64,000 nucleotides of DNA, taken from the NCBI GenBank assembly GCA_043228905.1, contig JBHGNT010000015.1, positions 6,758,001 through 6,822,000 on the forward strand, in the 5' to 3' direction. The DNA is from Azolla caroliniana. Its lineage: Eukaryota > Plantae > Polypodiophyta. Shown here piece by piece: positions 24,401 to 36,908 of this stretch. A program made the translations under genes and the position numbers. How positions within the stretch are numbered: the first letter of the stretch is position 1; the number at the start of each line of letters is the position of its first letter. Under the pieces are notes generated by a model. That model did no database searches. It saw only the letters and a program-made list of their open reading frames with translations, and was not told the origin of the DNA.

Positions 24401-27400
24401 CGTAGCGAAAGAATACACACAAACACATGGAGTCGACTATTAAGAGGCCTTTGCCCCAATGGCAAAGATGATGATTGTGTGGACCGTAATTGCACTTGCA
24501 GCGCCGAAAGGGTGGCACCTCCATCAAATGGACGTAAAAAACACCTTTCTTCAAGACAAATTAGAAGAGGAGGTGTACATGGTACAACCACCCGGCTTCG
24601 AATCGAGCATGCATCCGAAAGCAGTCTGCCGACTGAAGAAGCCACTCTACGGCCTTAAGCAAGAACTGCGTGCTTGGAACTCAAAGATAACACAATATCT
24701 TCATCAAATCGGCTTTTGAATGTTGAAATCCAATAACTCCCCCTACATACGAAACGACTCTGAAAGCCCGATTGTCATCATCCTATATGTGTATGATCTA
24801 GTCATTGGAGGTGAAAGTCTAGTTCCTCCTCTCCAACAAATTCAAGATGACAAACATGAAGGAGCTCCATTACTTCCTTGGCATCAAGGTAATTTAGACT
24901 CCAGCCGGTATTATGATCTCCCAATGGCACTACATCCTCAACTTGTTATACAAGTTCGGGATGACTGAGTGCAAATCTGTTGCAACTCTTCTCGATCGAA
25001 ATCTCAAACTTGATGCTGACTCCGGCATAGAAGAGTGTGAACCAAGTCAGTATCGACAATTGATCGGGAGCCTCATCTATCTCACAATCACTTGACCCAA
25101 CCTTAGCTACCTGATCGGTCTCCTTAACCAATTCATGCAAACTCCACGAGATATTCATTTCGATTGTGCTAAGCGAGTGTTACGATGCGTGAGTAGAACG
25201 ATGGACTATGGAATTCTCTATAGATCAACCACACTAATCCAACTCGAAGGATACACATATGCCGACTGGGCCAGCTCAAGGCTGATCAATGATCAACCTC
25301 CGAATTGTTTTTCTCCCTTGACAACGGAGCGATTTTGTGGAGTAGCAAGAAGCAACCAAATGTCGTTCTTTCGAGCATAGAGGCCGAATACATGGGGGTT
25401 AGCCGTGGTTGCATGTGAAGCCGTATGGCTCAAGAGGATTTTGAAGGATCTTCCCATCAAGGATCTGACTCCCCTTTACTACAACAACATGAGTAGTATT
25501 TATATAGCTCAGAATCCGGTGTTCCAGACATGCACAAAGCATATCGAAGTGCACTATCAGTTCATTCGAGAGCGCGTACATGCCGGAGATGTCGACCTTC
25601 AACACATCAACACGAATCTTCAGACAGCCGACATCTTCACCAAGGCCCTAGGAGCCGACAAGCGTCAGCATTTCATGTCAGGCCTTGGATTGACAATCCC
25701 GTACTTGCCAAGCTTGAGGGGGTGTACAAGAGAGAACTGGATACCGTCCGAACCAAGTACCAACCGAAGCGGACACCGGAGATCATCCGAACCGGATACT
25801 AGTTGAAGCGAACATCAACCGAAAGGAGCCGACCTGAGTTGAGCTTTAGGGGGCGTGTTGGGAATCAAGCTCAACCTAACATTGTGTGTGAACACACCCT
25901 TTGAGAATCTATGAGCACTCAAAGGTCAAAAGTCACACCGTTACTCTCTACACATTAACTATGTGTCATCAAATCATATTCTATGACACATAACTAATCA
26001 GTTCCATATTCCCCATGACTAATGAGTCTTCATATTCCTCAAGGTTCTAGAGGGAGAGTGGAAATTGTAGTGAGTTAATGAAGGGTGAGGGTGACCTTAT
26101 ATAAAGCACCGTCCTCCTACTTCATAGAGAGTCAGCTGTGACTCCTTGTAATGCTACATTTTGTATTTGCTATTCTCCTTGTTAATATAAACCTTCTTCT
26201 TGAGTACTTCATTTTTCTTTCATCTATCTATCTTGTGTTTTCTCTTCTCTCATCTCTTTCCTCTCACACATACACATAACACACATCTCTTCCGTTGCAC
26301 AAGAATCATATCCAATTCATTACAATATCGTCCCAAATCGTGCTTCTTCCTCGTAGTCGAAAAACCTTCATAATGACTATAATTAGTTCTATTGGCCTGA
26401 TGGTTTATTGTTTTGACAAAATCTATTGTATGTTCCTGATGGTCCTCCACGTCTGCAAGTCTTACAACACTTCCATGACACACCAATGGCAAGACATTTC
26501 GGCATCCACAAGACTTTCAAGTTAATTTCTCGCCGCTATTGGTGGCCACAACTTCAACATTTTGTTACGGATTATGTCCGTAGTTGTGATACATGTTGCC
26601 GATCAAAAAAACCTCGACATCATCCCTATGGCTTATTATAACCGATGCCTATTCCTAAGAGCCCATGGAAATCCATTTCCTTGGAATTGATTACGAATCT
26701 TCCACCTTCCAAGGGTTTTGATTCTATTCTCACGGTAGTAGATCGTTTTATGAAGATGGTGCATTTTCTTCCATGCACAAAAACCATTACTAGCCAAGAG
26801 ACAGCCAATTTACTCATGCGGGAGGTGTTTCGATATCATAGTCTTCCAGATGATATTATCAGTGATCGGGGTCCCCAATTCATCTCAAAATTTGGCGGCA
26901 CATGTTCAAACTCTTACATACTTCTTGCAAACTCTCTTCTAGATACCATCTAGAGACTAATGGGCAGTGTGAGCGCACCAACCAAACTGTTGAACAATAT
27001 CTTCATTGTTTTGTCAACTATTAATAAGATGATTGGGTTGATCTATTACATTTGGCGGAATTTGCTTACAACAAACAACTCAGAACATTCTTCTACTGAA
27101 TATTTCCCCATTTTTTGCGAACATTGGGTACCTTCCTTGTTGGACGATGCTTGAACATCCCAAACTCCCGACAAAACCGGCTGCTGAGGATCGGCTCACC
27201 CAACTTCAAGAAATTCAAGATATACTTTTGCAACATTTATGTGATGCTCAAAACACTCAAAAGAAGGTTGTCAACCATCAACAATGTGTTTCATTGACTA
27301 TGTTTCAAGTAGACGATCGAGTATGGCTCTTAGAAGGTACCATTAAAACCATCCGACCTTGTTGCAAACTGGATTATCAATGTTTTGGCCCATATGTGAT

Positions 27401-28159
27401 CTCTAATAAGATCAATGATGTGACATTTCACCTTGATCTTCCTCCTCATTTGTGTCTTCACCCGTTCTTCCATGTTTCACTTTTGGAGACCTAGAGAACA
27501 AGCTATATTCCAGGTCATCTTACACCACCCCCACCTCCAATCGAAGTTTCCAATGGCTCTGAATATGAGGTTGTTGCCATTCTTGACTCCAAGATCATCC
27601 GCAACAAACTATATTATTTGGTTGATTGGTTAGGTTATACACCTAATGATCAAACATGGGAGCCTACCGAGCATCTTGCTAATGCCTCCGACATGGTTGC
27701 TGCATTTCACAACAAATATCCCCATAAACCAAGTAACTTCTTCCAACTCATGGAACGTGTCGTTGAAAAGAGGGGATAATGTCATGAAGACATACATTTT
27801 GGCTTACTAGGAGTCAAACCCACAATTTCTTGGTCTATGTGTTGAACCTTTAATCATTATAATAACATATATGATGTGTAATTATAACAATTTTATATTT
27901 TTAGATATTACAAGATATTTAAAATATTCTAGAACATTCTAGAATACTCCATAATGACCTATAATTAGGTGTCCACACATCCATCACAACTCATTCGGTT
28001 CAACACCAATCTTTAGCCCTTAGCCTACTCTTTGTAAACCTTGTTCTCTAATAATATAAACTCATTTTCATTTCTATCTTATTTCTGTCTCTCTCTCCCT
28101 TCTATCTTCATCTTTTCTTCTCTCTCTCTCTCTCCCTCTCATACTTACGAGTCTCAACA
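15464..28159 (+). mobile_element. Chromoviral Ty3/gypsy (Tcn1/Tf1-like), RT-RNase H deleted, carrying a nested copia tandem
   Basis: LTRs start TGTCATGAAGAC at 15464 and 27780; the 3' LTR ends at 28159 and the PPT is at 27765-27779. Domains seen are gag CCHC (CLYCGGLGHIVVNC), protease (ALLDYGANSCF), integrase (HDTPMARHFG..CDTC, ISDRGPQF) and a chromodomain (EYEVVAILDS..YYLVDWLGY..TWEP, about 27560-27730). Confidence 0.9.
16874..26324 (+). mobile_element. Tandem Ty1/copia group B: LTR-int-LTR-int-LTR
   Basis: LTRs at 16874-17340, 21365-21831 and 25856-26324; PBS TGGTATCT at 17341 and 21832. The period is 4491 bp and the ORF track is identical in both units. Confidence 0.95.
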
Positions 28160-28407
28160 ATAGCTAGATTGTCAATGTGGAGAGATTTTCAGACAGTAGC
28201 TCCATTATTCATAACACTAACCATGTGGCCTCTTTCAGTGGACTACAAACACTTATCCTGCTCAAAATAAAGGAAAAAACAAAACACAAATATCAAGTTT
28301 TGCCATACTCTATCACATCTAAGGAGGTGGTTTGCCTAAGAGAAAGAGTAGCAAATAATCAAACAACATTTGACAAACAACGGAGAATGAGACGTAGAAA
28401 GAATTGA

Positions 28408-28884
28408 GTGGGATTGGGAGAAGAGAAACTTTTACTTATCCACCTACTATTTTCAACCACATTACCTATATATCCCCCGAGTAAAGAGTCTTATCCGTCT
28501 TATGGTTATGAAACAAGTGGTTCTTATCCTCTTGCTACTTATCCTCCACCAGCTTATACCCAACCCCATACCCAATTGTATCCTCCCCAATCTCAAGGTG
28601 TATCATCTGCCTATCCACCTTCATATCCTCCAACCACCCAAGATTATGTAAATTACCCACAACCATATCCCCCTAACTTAGATGGTGCCTATCTACCTAC
28701 CTATCCACCTCTGACTGGTGTAACCTATCCAACTTCGGGATACCTTCCATCTGAGAAATTAAGTGGTTATCCAATGAATCTTTATCTTACATTAGAGGTT
28801 TTGACAAAGATAAGGACAAAGCAAAAGGCAAAGAGCACAAGGACAAAGACAAGAAGGAAACATCGCATTGTGCTTCATGCATAA
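28408..28884 (+). pseudogene. Pro/Tyr-rich XYPPX-repeat gene fragment inside the hAT element
   Basis: The ORF has repeated YPP motifs (TYPPPAY, LYPPQ, AYPPSYPP) followed by a Lys-rich tract. No clear start or splice structure was found. Confidence 0.45.
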
Positions 28885-29247
28885 TCTCTTCTTTCTATAT
28901 ATAAAATTTTCCAATCATTAAATTTGTTAAAAGAGCATAATGCACCAATCTGTGTATCTGGTTTCCCCTTCCATGCAGCCTTCAGTTTTCCTATCTCCCC
29001 CTTTTGTGCATTAATAAGAGCGCTTAGTGTGGCTTCTTCTTTTCCAACCATACTCAGCATAGAGATCATACAAAAGAGCAAGAACTAGTTGATATTGTAT
29101 ATTGCTACAAACGTGTTAAAATACTACAACTTCCCTTGAAGAGCATAGAAAGAATTTAAGTACACACAGAAAACAACAACACACGAACAGTCTATGCAAG
29201 TGTGGGACGAAGTAGTACATACACACAAGCAGGACGAATGAAAGAAT

Positions 29248-29248
<1 letters not shown>

Positions 29249-29288
<40 letters not shown>

Positions 29289-29419
29289 GCCCAGTAACCA
29301 TGGCAAAACAAGAGCAAATGGAGAATGAGCTCTTCCTTCTCCATTTGCTTGGTAGCCATGGCGAAACAAGAGCAAATGGAGAAGTAGAACATACACACAA
29401 GTAGGACGAACGACAGAAT

Positions 29420-29499
<80 letters not shown>
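29249..29499 (+). repeat. Two (AG)n microsatellites within a locally duplicated unit
   Basis: (AG)n at 29249-29285 and 29421-29499, each preceded by ACATACACACAAG.AGGACGAA..AGAATT. Confidence 0.95.
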
Positions 29500-29502
<3 letters not shown>

Positions 29503-30339
29503 CCTGGGGTCTAATAGCCATGGGGAAACAATAGCATGAAACTCTGCCTAAAAAGGGCGGGGAGCTTTGCCTATTTTAGGGGAAAGAAAGGGGGGGAAGA
29601 AAGGGGGGGAAAGATGGGGAAAGATGGGGAAAGATGGGGAAGAGGAAATTCAAGCTTAACATTTTTTATATAAAAATACATAAATAGCCGGTTCTAAAAA
29701 TATGAACTGGCTAGATTCCAGTTTTTGGGAAATTCTAGTTAGAATCAGTTCCGACTCTCCCCGACCTTCGCTGGCAAAAGTCCCAATTTAATCAGAACGC
29801 TAACATTGTTCCTAGGACTTTGCCCAACACTGGATATGACTAGTCCTGATTATGGGAGAAATTTTCATGGGACTAGTATATATTCTATAACTTTTTAATT
29901 AAGTCTAATGTTCATTTTTATTTATTTCAAAAGTTGGAACTTTGGTTTTAACTTTGATTAAGTCCAATGTTCATTTTTATTGATTTCAAAAGGTGGAACT
30001 TTGGTTTTAATCTTAGATCTATATTTTTAAGAGAAATCAAATACTTCCAAAATTTTAGTTTACTATTGAAACGTGTCCTTGAGCTCTTACAATCAAACTT
30101 CAAAGTTCGTGTTTTTCAAGGAAACAAAGGTTGAAATAAAAACAATTGTAGGTTTTTAATGTCATTTTTATAAATTCTTAAATGTCAACGAGATGATATT
30201 TCTATATTAGGATCATTGATTGACCCATGCGTGATATTTGTGGTATTCAACATTTGTAATAATCGAGAATACAAAATGACCCCAAGAATATTACAAAACC
30301 ATTCGTTTATTTATTTATAATTTAAAAATATATATATAT

Positions 30340-31150
30340 TTACATCTATTATATAACCATATTATTAGTTTGAGGTCCCCTTTTTAATGTCAAGATAGTA
30401 AAAAGTGGGGAATTAATGAACCTTTTTTTTATTAAAAATAAAACAAATACTTTTAAGTTTTTCATCTATTATAAGAATATTATTAGTGTTGAGGTCCCCT
30501 TTTTAATATGAGATAAAAATATGAAATTTTATGGGAACCTTTTATTTATTTTATTTATTTACATATTGTTATTTATTTTTTGTTTTATTAAAAAAAACAA
30601 ATACATTTAAGTTTTATATCTATTCACCACACTATTATAAAAATATTATTAGTGTGAATGTCCCCTTTTTTATATGGGATGTAAATATGTAATTCTATGG
30701 GAACCTGCTATTTATTTATTTATTTTATATATTTTTATTTATTTTTTGTTTTATTACAAATAAAAGAAAGACATTTAAGTTTTATATCTGTTATAACCTA
30801 TAACAATTTTATTAGCGTGAGGTCTCCTTTTTAATATGAGATAAAAATATGAAATTTTATGGGAACCTTTTATTTATTTTATTTTTTTACATTTTATTTT
30901 TTGTTTTATTAAAAAAAATAAAACAAATACATTTAAGTTTTATATCCATTATAAAATTATTATTAGTGTGAAATCCCCATTTTAACGTGAGATAAAAATA
31001 TCAATCTTTGTGGGAGAGTAAAAAGCGCGGAAGTAATGAACCTTTTATTTATTATTTTATTATCTATTAAAAATAAAACAAATACTTTTAAGTTTTCCAT
31101 TTAGTGTATTATATAAGTTATTTACTGTAAGTCTCCTTTTTAATGTGAAA
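30340..31150 (+). repeat. AT-rich degenerate tandem array (about 120-180-bp units, about 6 copies)
   Basis: The motif ATTATTAGTGTGAGGTCCCCTTTTTAAT..GAGATAAAA..GGAACCTTTT recurs near 30360, 30480, 30645, 30810, 30960 and 31120. Confidence 0.8.
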
Positions 31151-31253
31151 GTCTCTTTGTTATATGATATATCTAAGAAACTAAAAAGCATGAACTCTTT
31201 CTTTTTTTTTAACGAATATTTTTTCATGTATGCATTCGTTTGATAACCCCCAC

Positions 31254-32250
31254 TGCAGCTCGATGGTTCCATTCGTAATGGATGGCGAACATTGGGCATC
31301 CCTGACGAGGTGCTCATTACCTTTCGGAAGGGTCTCTGGCGTCTCCACATGCCTGAAAAAATCAAGCTCTTTTGGTGGCAGATTGGTCACAATGTGATTC
31401 TTGTTGGGGAATGGCTTGGTAAAAGGGGCGGCCCGATAGGTTGCCCACTTTTCTCTTCACCCATTGAGTCTCTGAGACACTATCTTTGGGATTGTCCTCA
31501 AGCTCAAAAGGTATGGGACAGAGTCCCTTGCCTCCTTGCGGCATGTGAAGTGGTTGGAACAGCCTCATGGAGTGTTGAGGCATGGATTGACCACTCGACT
31601 GATAGGTGGACGGACGCCTTTAATGCGGATACTTGGTGCTATGTATGCACAGGAGGCCAAATCAGCAAGATCCGCTTCAAGAGAGACTTGTTGTCCGCAT
31701 CCCCTAGGTTCCTGGAAATTTGGAGGTTGATCGCGAGCTTCACCTTATGGTATGTCTGGAAAGCACGATGCGTTTTCCAAGATCGGGTACAACCCCCAGA
31801 GGAAGTGATCATGGATATCTGGTTCGCGCTTATCAACTGCCTACGAGGGCAATTAGATGAGGTTTGCAACCACTCCAATGACGTGGCCACTGCCCAGTTG
31901 CGCTTTTGGCAGAAATGGCGGAACACACCTCTGGTGACGCTAGGAGAAAGTGGACCGAGGTGGAACTACCAGCCCCCACGATGCTTGTTTCCTTCTTTCA
32001 CGCCTCCCTCCCTTCGATGTAGGCCCCGGGAGTCGGCTCATTCTGGCCGACACTAAAGGCCATTGCTTTTAGGTATAGGTATCTACTTACTTTAGGTAGT
32101 CGGTTTGAAAAACTATGTAAGTAGTCTCCTTTTCTTGATCTTGATCTGAGGGAGATTCCCCGTTTTGTGTATAAGCTTCCTTGTATAGTCTCCTTGTAAT
32201 AATCCTTCCAAACTAATGGGAAAGTAGCTTTATTTTGGAAAAAAAAAAAA
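31254..32250 (+). mobile_element. 5'-truncated L1-clade LINE (zf-RVT region, 3' UTR, poly-A)
   Basis: ORF 31292-32056 contains PEKIKLFWWQI..CPLF..ESLRHYLWDCPQAQKVW and WYVWKAR. An A12 tail lies at 32239-32250, and TSD-like (AA)CCCCAC occurs on both sides. Confidence 0.85.
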
Positions 32251-33884
32251 CCCCACGAATGCGAATATGTCAATCTATGATTAGGATAAAGAAATCTATC
32301 AATTTCAGATAAGGAAAAAAATGGAATTATTTAAAGATAGAATCTAAATATTGCCTTAATGGTTCATGTTGAAGCTAATGATACATATCACAAAGAAACC
32401 TTTTTTTACAAGGTTCATTGAGGTGAATTATACCAAGATTCATTCAATGATGAATGAGGGTTCTTGATGAAGATTCTCACTTTACTATGTCACGGAAAGT
32501 TCTTTGTTTGGAGGCTTCAGGTATGTGGTTGTATTGCAAGAAATCAAATAATTCATTGAAGCTACATTCTTTCATGTTCATTCCACATGGCATCAACCTC
32601 AAGAAATTTGTTTATACACACTCTTTGTTGTTTGTATTACAAGTAATCAAATTGTTTATCCATCGCTATAATAAATTGAATATATTATCTTGTTTCTCAA
32701 TCACGCACTAAACTAGATGATCAAAGGAGACATTCAATATAGATTACTTCAATCTATTTAACCTACCAAGTAAATTTTAACTCACCCAGCAAGACTCATA
32801 TTCACTTTCAAATATAATTTATTTTAAATTAACCTTCCATTCCATACTTTTCAATAGGTTTTCAAGAGATACCAACACCATTCAAACCCTAGTAAAGTTT
32901 ATAATCACTTTCATAATCTACATTATGTAATCCACAAGGTAAAATACTACAATAACATGTCCTTACTATAGACACCAATGTAATAAGTATGTGACAAAAT
33001 ATAGGAATATCTAAACTATGACAAGATAATCTTTAGACATTATCTCTAATAGTACATAGAAAAAGAAAAGGGGGACCAATCAAGTATGTACATACCCTTT
33101 CTAAGCATGTAAGATGGGAACCAATCAATCATTAATAGAGTAACTTACATTGTTCTCTCTCTCTCTCACTCACTCTATCACTTTCAAGCTCAAGTTGGTT
33201 GGTCGAGGCCCTCATGGCTTCACTTCACTGACATGTAAATAATTACTATTTAAGGGTTTCAAACTATGTGTGAAACATATTTACTTTACATATTTTGCAT
33301 TTTTAAGCTCATAATTAATATCTATTAATTATATTCTATTGTAATTTGTATATCCATAGACTTCGAGATCACCAAGCATCATAGAGTAGGTCAATTAGTG
33401 TAATCATCTTGAAACCTTTTGTTAACTATCTTTCGAGTTTCTCTAAGCATTGTTTCCATTGTATTGTAGTGCATGCATACATGAACATTGTTTTATGTCC
33501 CCCTAATGCATAGAATCATGTGACCATGCACTAGGGCACATGCACATGCATCAAGAGTTTGTCCTTTACATGATAACATTGTGGTAACATGTTGAACTTA
33601 ACTTTCATGTCCCCAAATAATAGCCCTTGCTAGTTGTCCATTCATTTCACTCATGCGCATATGCTCCACCAAGGATATGGCATTTAAGCAAACATTTCGA
33701 CAATCTTCTAGGTAAGTTTCAATGATTAAGGTTGGTGTGTTGCTTTCACATTTAGAATAAAAGTTGCAATATTGCATGAGTGGTGATGATTAATTATTTA
33801 TCCACCAAACTTCAAATCATCCGCATAGTTTGGCATGAGTGGCTACAACATTAAATGAACAAGTAAGTTTGCAAGGGTGTGTTA

Positions 33885-34070
33885 AATGTATTAAAAAGAC
33901 AAATATTAGAATATTGTTGATATTACCCTATATCTCGGGTTGTTTTTTATAATTTCTCATGTCAATCATGATATAACTCATAAAATTATGAGAAAATATT
34001 TTTAAAAAACCCATATATAGGGTAATAATAAATATCAACAATATTCTAATATTTGTTTTTTTAATATATT
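33885..34070. repeat. About 186-bp foldback (MITE-like inverted repeat)
   Basis: ACAAATATTAGAATATTGTTGATATTACCCTATAT pairs with ATATAGGGTAAT..ATATCAACAATATTCTAATATTTGT. Confidence 0.75.
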
Positions 34071-36908
34071 GATCATTTGATCATGAATATAAAAACAGAA
34101 ATTGTTTGTTAATTCTACTTAATGTATTAATTGATACTGAAATATGTTAATCATATGATTTCTTCTAATGATTCGAGAAAGCTATTCATATCATTTAAAC
34201 AGTTTATTATCGTTTGATCCAAAATTCTGATTCATCCCATAATAACTATGAAGTTTAAAAAAGTTTGACAGAAAAACGCCATGTTGCCTCTATGTACTAA
34301 GAACACAAGAGCATGTCACTTTGTTATTGATTGCATATGAGAAAATGCACGATTTTAAGGAGTTCGTTAACTTTCACGGACTCCTAACACTAGGAATGCT
34401 CTTTGTACATCTAAATTGCAAAACCAAACTCATCAAAGAGCAAGAAAGTGAATCACTAAACAAGCTCATCTTTTGTTGTTTTTTTGTATACCATTTAATA
34501 ATCAATTCTTTTTTGTACACTATAATTTTGCACCATCAATTCTCAATTTGGTAGTTAACTTACTAGGCATATTACATTTCAATGTATGAGCACATGCAAT
34601 GATATAACAAGTTAAATAAAAGATACAACATGTTCCTTTATCATAAAAAGTCTAGATGAGGTTAAGATTGATTGTCTACCTATCCTGTCTAAAGTTGCTC
34701 AACATTCAATGGAATGTAACGAAAAGGTATGTATCTAAATTGAAAAGTGATAATTAGTTGTTTTAAGTATATTCTCTGAACGAACTAGCATTCATCCTAG
34801 AGTTCAACATATGTATACATACACACGCTAATATAGTCGTGTCCATGAATATTTTGAATTCTTTTTACCCTTGAATAGATATTTGTTTATCAACGCACAC
34901 AAAGAAACTAAGATGATATCACAATAGTGAGGCATTGACTTTGGATTTATGTTCTCAATTAATGCCATTTGATAGAGACTCTTGAGTTATTCAATCTATT
35001 ACCATGGAGACATGTAAATGAACATACATATTGAAAAACTCCTAACACCATGACATTAAAATTATTTTTATATCCTACATATATGTTTGAATTATTAGGG
35101 TCATTCCCTTGACAAATATTGGAATCTTGCACATCATGTCATTATAAGGTGGGGGTGTACGCTATTGGCATAAAAATAAAAGTTGAACAAACCAAAGTGG
35201 AGACCCACAAGAAAACAACATTAGATCAATGATGGCTACTCTTGGTAATGATGATGAGCTAGGGTATCCATTTTGGATTGCCAATATCATACATAGAGAA
35301 AGATCTAGTTATCAAAAGGAACCAATGGCATAGCCACAAGAAAGTGTGTCCTAAGGTGTTGGTGATGATAGGAACAATTCAATGGTCGTACTGGAAAGAA
35401 GGATGAAAACAATTATTCTTGTGGCTTTTCTCCCATGACTAGCAATGATAATGGGAAAGATGTAGCTAAAAGGATATTACAAAGTGTAAATACGAAATTA
35501 TGTGGCTATTATTGTCATGGATGGCATGAAATGGAAGTTGTTTCTCACACTTAAAATGCATATACTCTATGTAAGTCAAATAAGTGTAGAATTTAGTTTA
35601 AATTTTGTACATCATTGAAATACTTGTCCTTGATGTTATATCTAGGTCAAAAAACAAAAATATGATTCAATGCACAAAATATAAACAATTCTTGGACGTC
35701 ATTCACTAGAATCGATGTAAACTACTTCGATTGGAGCAAACGTAGGTGCTATATTACCTTCATCAATACAAACCCATGCATGCAAAAGTGGTGTTTACAC
35801 CACAGTTCTACAAGAATGAAATGTTTTCATGAATTGAACACAAAACTTTTACATTAGGTGGAAGCCATGTCTAGTTGACGAATCAATGCACAAAATATAA
35901 AGATTTCTACAAGACCAAGAGCTTGATGAAATGTTTTCATGAATTGAACACAACTTTTACATTAGGTGGAAGCCATGTCTAGTTGATGAATCAATGCACA
36001 AAATATAAAGAATTCTTGGACATCATCCACTAGAATCGATGTAAATTACTTAGATTATATGAACAGTGGCAATGCATGATATGAGTCTACAAGTGCACTA
36101 CAATTGAAAGAAGTCCAAACTTTCAAAGTAAAACTTGTTTGTCAACATGGAAAATTTGCATATACGAGAAGAATTCAAAGTGAAACTTGTTTGTCAACAT
36201 TAAATTTGCATATACTAAAAGAAATGGAAAATTAATATCATGGTCTTACATTTCACAACTACGACTGTAAACGTGTATTCACATTTCACCATATATTTTT
36301 GTTATTCAATTGTTTGACCCATTCAAACCAAGAGATTATGCAACGTGCATTACCAAAGCATTAACTACTTAAAAAACTTGACTCTACTCAACCTTGGTAT
36401 TCTATTCAAGAAAACCAACTCTTTCCAATCATTCAGGTACTTAAAAACCTCGAGATGCTATTTATATGGAAATCGTTTGTGATTATAACATACGTTCTTT
36501 GAAATATTTTTATGCCATCTTATTTGAGCCTTCACATTTTGCTGCTCGCCAAATTAATGACCAGAAAGGCAATCACGGCATTCAAACGATATCAAGACAA
36601 AGACCAAACCAAAATTAGGAGATCGTTTAGGTCATTACATTTGACACCACGAGAAATGAGGACAGATGCAATCAACATAAAAATAGTGGTAGGTAATGAG
36701 AAAGAAAAAAGCAATGAGAAATTGAACGCTTAAGGCACATCCTAGTGATGTTATAAAACATTGACAAGATAATCAATAGATTAACATGGTGGGGTCAAAA
36801 GTGTGTTAATATTTTGTATGTGGATATGAGAATTTAATTTACTTTAATAATTACAATCAGTAATATATTACAGCAATTTCTGAGCCTCCATAACAGCAAT
36901 GGCGGTTA

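Larger units (their letters stand above)
13982..29832. mobile_element. Non-autonomous hAT-type DNA transposon (Pack-like) with nested LTR elements
   Basis: TIRs are CAATGTTGGGCAAAGTC (13982-13998) and GACTTTGCCCAACACTG (29816-29832), matching 16/17. A perfect 8-bp TSD GATATGAC lies at 13974-13981 and 29833-29840. Confidence 0.85.

Noticed and set aside
15459-28164. TSD of the chromovirus
   Set aside because: The flanks GCAAC and ATAGC match at only 2 of 5 positions. The differences are all transitions, so a decayed TSD is possible, but it cannot be claimed.
29116-29521. ORFs with SLSLSL runs
   Set aside because: They are translations of (CT)n microsatellites.
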